Shown here: positions 35,190-43,422 of the stretch, in pieces
How positions within the stretch are numbered: the stretch's first letter is position 1
Layout: each line of letters starts with the position of its first letter
Assembly: GCA_964574145.1 (NCBI GenBank)
Contig: CAZNKJ010000005.1
Location: forward strand, 1-53,376
Direction of reading: 5' to 3'
Source of the DNA: an uncultured Candidatus Saccharibacteria bacterium
GTDB taxonomy: Bacteria > Patescibacteriota > Minisyncoccia > Phycocordibacterales > CAZNKJ01
DNA: 53,376 bases
Program-made: the position numbers and the translations under genes
Notes under the pieces: generated by a model
The model's database searches: none
Told to the model about the DNA's origin: nothing
Seen by the model: only the letters and a program-made list of their open reading frames with translations

Positions 35190-37103
35190 TTATAGTCCTA
35201 ATAGTACAGGAATTACTATCGGATGTTTGTTTGTTTTTTGAAATAGAAAAGCTGCTACAGTGTCTGCGAGCTCAGCTTTAATCATATCAAAATTAATAGG
35301 GTGCATGTTATGTGTAGAACTCTCTATTGTTTTTTTAATAAGAACACGTGTTTCTTGAAGTAATCCTTGTGATTCTCGCAGGTATACAAAACCACGAGAA
35401 ATCAAGTCAGGGGATTTGCGTAATTTACCTGTTTTGAAATTAAGTGTAGCTACAATTACAAACATACCGTCTTGGGCGAGTGCTTTTCTGTCGCGTATAA
35501 CAACATCTTGGACACCCCCAACTGAGAATCCATCTACCATGACCATGGAAGAGGGAGCTTTTTCTTTGCGAATGAGCATTTTTTTTCCTTCAATAATATC
35601 TATAACAGTTCCGTTATCTGGTATCACAATATTTTCTTTTGGGAAACCTGAATCCATAACAGCCTGAGCATGACATCGTAACATTGAATGATAGCCATAG
35701 GCTGGCATGAAGAACTTTGGTTTTACTTGGTTGTTAATCCATGTAAGTTCTCCTGAGTTACCATGTCCTGTTGAGTGTACGTCTGAAGCTCTGTAATGGA
35801 TGAGACGTACACCATTTCTGTATAGATTATCTTTAAGTTTCTGAACAGAAATTTCATTACCTGGAATTACGGAAGAGGATAATACTACAGTGTCTCTTTC
35901 ATTTAGGCGAACAAATTTATGCTGTTTAGTCGCTATACGCATTAGGGCAGCAAATTCTTCACCCTGCGCTCCCGTAGCGAGTATAATTATCTTATGAGCA
36001 GGGTAATTATCTATGTCCTGTGCGGTAATAAGTGTACCTTCTTTGGGTTTTAGCAAACCTGCTTTCTGAGCAATCTCAATATTTACACGGATACTTCTTC
36101 CCTCCGATACAATTTTTTTCCCGCTTTTTTCGGCAGAATTAATAATACGAATAATTCTTTCAAATTGAGACGCGAATGTTCCTATAATCAGGCGTCCTTT
36201 AGTGTTTCTAACAATTTCACTGAGTGTGTCATGGACCTTTGACTCTGGTATGGAAAACCCATCTTTTTCTGCATTAGTAGAATCTGCAATAAAGAATAGA
36301 TTATTTTCTTTTCCAAGTGCAGACCATTTCTTCTTTTCTTCTTCTACAGGAATGCCATCTTCGTGAGCTAGTTTTAGGTCTCCTGTCAAAATAACATTAC
36401 CGTATTTGGTCTCTATCTTAATTCCCATTGAGTCTGGTATAGAGTGTGTAACAGGGAATGTAGTTATGTACGTGTTTCCTATTTTAATTCGATCATCAGT
36501 CTCTATTATTTTTAGATTAATCTTTGGGAGGTGTGGGAATTCTTCTTGACGTTTCTTGATCATGATTGCAGTCAAGTTGCGAGTATAAACAGGAGGATTA
36601 CCTATACGATCAAGTATGAATGGAATACCCCCAATATGATCCAGATGTCCATGCGTAATAATAACACCGCGTAATTTATCTTTACGTTCTTCTATATAGG
36701 TGATGTTTGGTAATATGTAATCAATACCAGGTGCGTCGCTTTCTCCAACAAATTGAAATCCCGCATCTATAACAAACATGTCGGTAGGGGTCTCAATGAT
36801 TGTCATATTTCGACCCACTTCTTCTACTCCTCCAATGGGTATTATTCGTACTCCTTCTGGATGAAGAGGGGGGACAATATTATTTTCTTTCTTTTGCCGT
36901 ATGGGAGCTGATCTCCTTCTTTGTACATGTTGTCGAGAGCGTATTGATATAGACTGTGAAGAGTGTCCACTAGACATTTTTTTTCTGGGATGATGAGAGG
37001 GTCTATTATTTTTATTAGTATGTTTTGGTTTGTTGGTTGTGTGAATAGGTGAATATGTCCTACGTACACGTTTGGTATTAGATGGTATTTTTTTTTCTAT
37101 CAT
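35190..37103 (-). CDS. rnj: Ribonuclease J with basic N-terminal extension
   Basis: Metallo-beta-lactamase motif THGHLDHIGG and a beta-CASP/RNase J layout (HVSGH-type STGHG). About 80 K/R/H/S-rich residues precede the catalytic core. Confidence 0.9.
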   Translation of the reverse strand: MIEKKIPSNTKRVRRTYSPIHTTNKPKHTNKNNRPSHHPRKKMSSGHSSQSISIRSRQHVQRRRSAPIRQKKENNIVPPLHPEGVRIIPIGGVEEVGRNMTIIETPTDMFVIDAGFQFVGESDAPGIDYILPNITYIEERKDKLRGVIITHGHLDHIGGIPFILDRIGNPPVYTRNLTAIMIKKRQEEFPHLPKINLKIIETDDRIKIGNTYITTFPVTHSIPDSMGIKIETKYGNVILTGDLKLAHEDGIPVEEEKKKWSALGKENNLFFIADSTNAEKDGFSIPESKVHDTLSEIVRNTKGRLIIGTFASQFERIIRIINSAEKSGKKIVSEGRSIRVNIEIAQKAGLLKPKEGTLITAQDIDNYPAHKIIILATGAQGEEFAALMRIATKQHKFVRLNERDTVVLSSSVIPGNEISVQKLKDNLYRNGVRLIHYRASDVHSTGHGNSGELTWINNQVKPKFFMPAYGYHSMLRCHAQAVMDSGFPKENIVIPDNGTVIDIIEGKKMLIRKEKAPSSMVMVDGFSVGGVQDVVIRDRKALAQDGMFVIVATLNFKTGKLRKSPDLISRGFVYLRESQGLLQETRVLIKKTIESSTHNMHPINFDMIKAELADTVAAFLFQKTNKHPIVIPVLLGL

Positions 37104-37144
37104 AATGTTTAATTTGAATTAAGTTAAATTTTAGTTAATTGGAT

Positions 37145-38860
37145 TTATTTTTTAAGAAAGATAGGCCACACATGATCTGTTTCTATATACCATTTGTATA
37201 TATTTAAAAACCGTTCTCCTGAAGTTGTTAGAGATCCGAGCTCTATACCTTTTATTTTTTCTGGAACGATATAAATGAATAATGGAGAATATAAAAAGAT
37301 TGCTGGTATGTCATTTTTTATTTCTTTTTCAAATTCTTTATACAGACTTTCTCTTTTTGCATTATCAGATGTTTTGCGTGCACGTACCAGAAGGTCATCA
37401 GCCGTTATATTTGCGTAGAGAGCTATGTTTAGTCCAGGGTCATTTCTTTGTGAGGAATGCCAAAAAGAAAATAAGTCTAACTCTCTTCCTACGATTTCTC
37501 CGAAGAGCAGAGCTTCGTATCGTCGTGAACGTATAACATTTTGATTCAGGTCACTAGTCTCAAAAAATTTTGCTTCAACTTTCACCCCAAGGTCTTTCCA
37601 AGCCTTGGTAATTATTTGAGCCACCCCCTTAAGCTCGGGCGTATTAGAAGTGAGTATAGAAAAAGACAGTTCCTGTTTTTTCCCCTTTTTCTCTCGAGTA
37701 AGGACTCCAGTTTCTTTATCTAGTTCCCATCCATTTGCAGTAAGGATATTTTTTGCTTCCTCTTTACGTTCATTAAAATCTTTTTTTGAGGGTTCTGAAT
37801 ATAAATCTTTTGACATGACTCCAGGCGGGATAGGTCCGTCAATTATTACAGCATATCCTTTTAAGATTTTATCCACTATTTGTTTTTTAGGTGTTGCAAG
37901 TGCTAGAGCTTTCCGTACTGTTTTATTAATAAATAAGTCTGTTTGGTTTTGATTGAAAAAGATACCAAAAATCCGTGGCAGGGGGGTTGTTAGAGTGCGC
38001 GCACCGCTTTGTTTAAGTTCGGTTGCTTTAGTGGGAGAGATACTGCCTAGGGATTCGATTTCTCCATGCTCATATGCTCGGGTTAGTTTATCTTCATTTG
38101 TATAAAATTTTATTTTTAGGGAAGAGATAAAAGGAGTGCCGAGCATGTAATTTTTGAAAGGAGAAAATATGTACGAAGTTGGAAAACCATAGCTATTACT
38201 ATTGATTTCAGATATTGCGAAAGGTCCTGAACCAATAGGTTCAATATTTAGCTGACTGAAAGGGAACTGCTCTATGGGGACATTTTTCCAGAGATGTTTT
38301 GGTAAAATCCCTATGGATGTATTTTCTATAAAAGGAGCATAGGGTTGAGGTAGTGTAAAACGTACTGTTTTTTCATTAATTTTTTCAACCTTAACTCCGT
38401 CCCAACTTGCGCGACGCGGACTTTTTAGCATAGGATCTTGAGCCATCGTAATTGTGAAAATGATATCATCTGCAGACACAGGAGTTCCATCTTGGAAAGT
38501 GGCTTCTTCTTTGATCACAAAAGTATAGGTTCGTCCATCGTCTGAGACCTCATATCCATTCGCTAGGTCTGGAATCATCTTGCCTTCCGGTGTTGCTCGC
38601 ATAAGGCCTGAATATATAAGAGCTGTTAAATCTCTGTCGGAGTTGGATATTGCGAGGAGTGGATTTATAAAACGAGGAGACCCGAAAATACCCTCAGTCA
38701 ATGATCCTCCTTGAGTAGGGATTTCAATTAGAAAACGCGAATTGATATTACCTAACATGAATATCGCACTGACTATAAATACTATTGCAAATATCCAATA
38801 AAAAACACGTTCTGTTGGAGAGAATGATAGGAATATCTTATAGATTTCTTTTTTTAGCAT
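37145..38860 (-). CDS. ABC transporter substrate-binding protein, family 5 (peptide/nickel type)
   Basis: N-terminal anchor. The length and motifs (GSGPF, LNPLL-like INPLLA) are typical of OppA/DppA-type SBPs. Confidence 0.8.
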   Translation of the reverse strand: MLKKEIYKIFLSFSPTERVFYWIFAIVFIVSAIFMLGNINSRFLIEIPTQGGSLTEGIFGSPRFINPLLAISNSDRDLTALIYSGLMRATPEGKMIPDLANGYEVSDDGRTYTFVIKEEATFQDGTPVSADDIIFTITMAQDPMLKSPRRASWDGVKVEKINEKTVRFTLPQPYAPFIENTSIGILPKHLWKNVPIEQFPFSQLNIEPIGSGPFAISEINSNSYGFPTSYIFSPFKNYMLGTPFISSLKIKFYTNEDKLTRAYEHGEIESLGSISPTKATELKQSGARTLTTPLPRIFGIFFNQNQTDLFINKTVRKALALATPKKQIVDKILKGYAVIIDGPIPPGVMSKDLYSEPSKKDFNERKEEAKNILTANGWELDKETGVLTREKKGKKQELSFSILTSNTPELKGVAQIITKAWKDLGVKVEAKFFETSDLNQNVIRSRRYEALLFGEIVGRELDLFSFWHSSQRNDPGLNIALYANITADDLLVRARKTSDNAKRESLYKEFEKEIKNDIPAIFLYSPLFIYIVPEKIKGIELGSLTTSGERFLNIYKWYIETDHVWPIFLKK

Positions 38861-38956
38861 GAAATGATGGGCCCAATGTGATATTGCCGGAAATAATATC
38901 AGAGCCTGGTTATTTTAAACATTAGTTATAAGAGTCTATTTGAATCAATTTAGAAT

Positions 38957-39190
38957 TTAAATAATGAGTGCAATAAATGCTGACAATACGAATAGAATAC
39001 CTAAGATAACTGAAGTGTTAAAAAGAATTTTTTCAGACCCTCTACGTGTATGGAAACCAGCGCTAAAATTGTCTCCTGCTCCAAAAGCCCCGCCGATTCC
39101 CGTTCCCGTTTGTTGAAGGAGAATTGATATGGCAAGAAGAATAGCAAGTCCTATCTGTATATACGGCAATGCCGTGGTTAGAAGATCCAT
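38957..39190 (-). CDS. secG: Preprotein translocase subunit SecG
   Basis: ILLAISILLQQTGTGIGGAFG....F, then a second helix. The internal ATG at 39190 is preferred. Confidence 0.8.
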   Translation of the reverse strand: MDLLTTALPYIQIGLAILLAISILLQQTGTGIGGAFGAGDNFSAGFHTRRGSEKILFNTSVILGILFVLSAFIALII

Positions 39191-39286
39191 TTGCGAAGAG
39201 TATAGCAGACATGTTTTTTTATGCAAGCAAGGAAGAGTTATCAACGGTTAATTTTGGTTACTCGTTTCAGACTTTATTTGCAGAAT

Positions 39287-39315
39287 TTGACAACACAGGT
39301 CTGTGTCCATATACT
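39287..39315 (+). promoter_or_regulatory. groESL promoter with palindromic spacer
   Basis: TTGACA-17 nt-TATACT. The spacer contains ACACAG-GT-CTGTGT (39293-39306). No CIRCE consensus was seen. Confidence 0.6.
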
Positions 39316-39450
39316 ACATACACTTAAATCATAGTTGGTAAGGCAGTTCTTAAATAGAATTATGAGATAAATTAAGATATTGCCCAGCAGACGACTTACT
39401 TAAAGGTCTTGATATTAATAGGTGTTAGTTACAAATTATAGTATTTTCGT

Positions 39451-39762
39451 ATGACAAAAAGTGTAAAAAATAAAACAAATATAGTTCCTTTGGCGGACAG
39501 GGTATTAGTAAGCCTTCCTCCTCGAGAAGAGAAAACAGCATCTGGTATTATTATTCCTGATACAGTAAACGAAGAACAGAAAGAGAGTAAGGAGGGCGAA
39601 GTAATTGCAGTTGGTAAAGGTAAATATGACGATGGTATTTTGGTTCCTATGCAGGTAAAAAAAGGAGACACAATACTTTTTCAGTGGGGCGACAAAATTG
39701 AAATTGATGATACTGAGTATTATGTAGTGAGTGAATCAAACATACTAGCGGTTGTTAAATAA
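39451..39762 (+). CDS. groES: Co-chaperonin GroES
   Basis: PLADRVLV...EKTASGIIIPDT...GEVIAVG. Confidence 0.95.
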   Translation: MTKSVKNKTNIVPLADRVLVSLPPREEKTASGIIIPDTVNEEQKESKEGEVIAVGKGKYDDGILVPMQVKKGDTILFQWGDKIEIDDTEYYVVSESNILAVVK

Positions 39763-39801
39763 AACGAGGGATTAATTTTTAGAAAGGATATAAAAACATA
39801 A

Positions 39802-41490
<1,689 letters not shown>

Positions 41491-41526
41491 TAAACAATAC
41501 TTTACTTTGAATAAAGTTTTTAAAAA

Positions 41527-41552
41527 AGTGACTCTTTTGAGTCGCTTTTTTA
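41527..41552 (+). terminator. groEL terminator
   Basis: GTGACTC-TTTT-GAGTCGC followed by TTTTTT. Confidence 0.75.
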
Positions 41553-41579
41553 AAAGACGAAGTTGTATACAAATAGGTC

Positions 41580-41608
41580 TTGACAAAAAGATAATAATAT
41601 GTGATACT
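41580..41608 (+). promoter_or_regulatory. Near-consensus sigma-70-type promoter (extended -10)
   Basis: TTGACA-17 nt-GATACT, with TG at 41600-41601. Confidence 0.6.
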
Positions 41609-41634
41609 TCTAATCAGAAGGTAAGGTTTTTGTG

Positions 41635-41701
41635 GGCAGGCGTGAGCGTTGGTTGCCACCGGATGATAGCCTGCTGGGTTCAAATCCCAGGCTTGCCCCC
41701 A
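41635..41701 (+). ncRNA. tRNA-like minihelix RNA lacking an anticodon arm, with encoded CCA
   Basis: Acceptor GGCAGGC/GCTTGCC (one G-U). Canonical T arm CTGGG-TTCAAAT-CCCAG is directly stacked on the acceptor 3' strand. Discriminator C, then CCA (41699-41701). Only 32 nt sit between the acceptor and the T stem, with a GTTGGTT D-loop-like segment and no foldable anticodon stem. Confidence 0.45.
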
Positions 41702-41753
41702 TCCCCTTTTTAGGGCTTACAATTCTCGTGAATGCAGTAGTAGAAAATAGAGC

Positions 41754-41782
41754 TTGACAAGATAGATGAAATATGCTATTAT
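41754..41782 (+). promoter_or_regulatory. Consensus promoter (TTGACA-17-TATTAT with TG extension)
   Basis: Read directly. TG at 41774-41775. Confidence 0.7.
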
Positions 41783-41788
41783 ATATAG

Positions 41789-41957
41789 AGAGTAAGATAC
41801 AGTTACGAAAGTAAAGTACTTTAAAACAAACAAATATTTGATTCTTTGAGGAGAGAGTCTTATTACACAATCTAGAAGATTATGTGATAAGTTAAGAGCG
41901 ATTATGAGAACACTCCTTTTCCTTTGGAAAGAGTAGCGCTCTCATAATCGTTTTTTT
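41789..41957 (+). ncRNA. Unclassified ~170-nt small RNA bounded by promoter and intrinsic terminator
   Basis: Start inferred from the promoter. Internal 14-bp hairpin CTTATTACACAATC-TAGAA-GATTATGTGATAAG. Terminator CGATTATGAGA...TCTCATAATCG plus T7 (41899-41957). No plausible ORF. Confidence 0.55.
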
Positions 41958-41963
41958 GTCGGT

Positions 41964-42047
41964 AGAGTGATGGAGTGGATAGATAAGTTGATTCAGGTAT
42001 AAAGTATTAAAATTTAACCTTGTAATCCACATCTTCTCCACCACTCT
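41964..42047 (+). other. Long imperfect hairpin (12-bp basal helix with one A.C mismatch, plus 5 bp) with AT-rich 44-nt apical region
   Basis: AGAGTGATGGAG/CTCCACCACTCT and TGGAT/ATCCA. Confidence 0.55.
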
Positions 42048-42118
42048 CTCGAGGAAGAGAACATTGGGCATAATATCCAATGAAAAGTTCATTAGAAAAT
42101 GTGTCAACCGTTCTCATT

Positions 42119-42180
42119 ATGGAGATCGGCTGGAGAGAAAGAGACTAAACCAATCTTTCTTTCTCTCCAGAAATCTCCAT
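42119..42180 (+). other. 23-bp purine/pyrimidine-asymmetric hairpin
   Basis: ATGGAGAT/ATCTCCAT closes CTGGAGAGAAAGAGA/TTTCTTTCTCTCCAG with an 11-nt loop. Confidence 0.6.
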
Positions 42181-42639
42181 GCGAGGAGGAAAAAGAAGTG
42201 GTCAGGTAAAGCCAGTCAACGAGAGACCACTAATTGATCCGCCAGCGAGCAGGAAGTTGTTTGAAAATAGAATAGAGAAGTTAAAAGGATAATGCAGAAC
42301 AATTTTTGCTTAGGTAAAGACTGCAATGTTATTCCTCTTCTCCGGCGGTATGGTATGTAGTATATCTAATGCTGGAAAGAGGGTTTGCAAAGAGCAATCC
42401 TAACCCATATCTGCCGGGTTTGAGGCGGAAGGTCATGAAGGAGAAAATTATGGCAACTATTGGACGATTAAATGAAATTTTAGCCAATCGTGGCGCAAAC
42501 GCCGCTATTGCCTATGCCTTGGCGAGCATTGAGCTCGCTTGGGCGGCAGAAAAAATCCGCAACGGATCGTGGGATTCGTCGCAAAGGGAAATTCGCGTAC
42601 AAGGTATGTACGTGAGTTTTTCCCCGCCCGCGGTGCGGA

Positions 42640-42978
42640 AGGGTAAGACTGCACGAAAGCGCGAAGCGCTTCGTGCAGGAACCCGTGGGATTGCCCCCAC
42701 AAATGTGGGCAATCCCTGTGCAAAAGGGAGATCGGGTGGAAAGTCCGAGCTCCGGACAAATTCCGAGCGCACTGCAAAGAGTGCTCGCAAACAAGCTCAG
42801 CGCAAATAGCACTGGGCGCAGACTTCCATGCAGATTTTTTGATAACAGGAAATCAGAGCATGGTCTGGTTTCTAAAGAAAGGAGAGGGTCATGTATGTTG
42901 ATTCTCGCGGGTGTGCACATCGCACCCTAGCCGTGTATCTTGCGGCAGAACGCGGCTATAAGTAGTCGCTTGGTAAAA
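42640..42978 (+). ncRNA. rnpB: RNase P RNA (bacterial type, atypical; boundaries approximate)
   Basis: CR-I GGAAAGTCCGAGCTCC (42738-42753). CR-V CAGAACGCGGCTATAAG (42946-42962). P4 pairing AAG(U)CCG with CGGCT, including the bulged U. P3-like helix ACCCG...CGGGT (42681-42737) ends directly at CR-I. GCAAAC and GCAAATAGC elements are present. The region is GC-rich with all reading frames open. Confidence 0.72.
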
Positions 42979-43123
42979 AATTCCCAGTCTACCACTTGGT
43001 TAGATGTGGGGATGGTGACGTAGAAAAAAGTTTCAAGGTAGGTTCTTTTCAAAAACCTCCACATCGGCGGATGTAAAATGTAGGTTAAGGTTCGGAGGGG
43101 TACCTATTGGTTTAAAACTCCTC

Positions 43124-43175
43124 TCTTTCGCAGAGTGTGTACTCTGCCTGATGAGTCCAAAAGGACGAAAAAGAA
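43124..43175 (+). ncRNA. Type III hammerhead self-cleaving ribozyme motif
   Basis: TCTTTC^GCAGAGT-GTGT-ACTCTGC-CTGATGA-GTCC-AAAA-GGAC-GAAA-AAGA. All invariant core nucleotides are present. Stems I and II are capped and stem III is open. Predicted cleavage after C43129. Confidence 0.85.
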
Positions 43176-43332
43176 TGTTCTAGAAAATTCAACTATTCTC
43201 TGCAATGCGGGGTATCTTGAATAAGGTAAAACTTAGTATGCAAATCTTTGCCTTTCGGCAAAAACTCTCTCCTCGAGATGTTGTGTGTTGGGTTTTTACT
43301 ATAATTCTATTTGGATATCCCACATTGAAGAG

Positions 43333-43382
43333 AAACAAGAAAACACTCAGCGCCGAAAGGCGCTGGGTGTTTTCTTGTTTTT
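43333..43382 (+). terminator. 22-bp GNRA-capped terminator hairpin ending the ncRNA locus
   Basis: AAACAAGAAAACACTCAGCGCC-GAAA-GGCGCTGGGTGTTTTCTTGTTT, then TT. Confidence 0.8.
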
Positions 43383-43385
43383 AAT

Positions 43386-43416
43386 AAAAAACGGCCCGCA
43401 GGTTGTGCGAGCCGAG
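43386..43416 (-). terminator. Terminator of the minus-strand HD-domain gene
   Basis: On the minus strand: CGGCTCGCA-CAAC-CTGCGGGCCG followed by TTTTTT. Confidence 0.65.
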
Positions 43417-43422
43417 TTGTTT

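Noticed and set aside
39245-39450. CIRCE (HrcA) operator upstream of groES.
   Set aside because: No TTAGCACTC / GAGTGCTAA half-sites are present. Only the unrelated ACACAG-GT-CTGTGT palindrome is there.
41892-42107. 71-aa minus-strand ORF in the ncRNA locus.
   Set aside because: It spans the sRNA terminator and the long hairpin. It has no SD and no protein-like features.
42199-42230. GGTCAGGT...GCCAG resembling SRP RNA domain IV.
   Set aside because: It lacks the GGAA tetraloop and the AGCAGCC asymmetric-loop consensus. Only a 6-bp closing helix is present.
42480-42545. Possible tmRNA tag-like reading frame (ANRGANAAIAYALAS...) together with the tRNA-like element at 41635.
   Set aside because: No stop codon follows the ..YALA segment. 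There is no GGGG..5' acceptor / T-arm-CCA pair around it. The tRNA-like element closes on itself within 63 nt, so neither one-piece nor permuted tmRNA architecture fits.
42369-42930. Five overlapping ORFs on both strands (42369-42809, 42480-42920, 42505-42777, 42512-42790, 42673-42930).
   Set aside because: They pile up in several frames only because this block is GC-rich. They translate the RNase P conserved regions (GGAAAGTCCGAGCTCC lies inside) and give Arg/Ala/Gly-rich low-complexity peptides. Their codon choice is unlike the rest of the genome. I treat the block as structured RNA. The SD-led ATG at 42450 is noted in a finding, not called as a gene.
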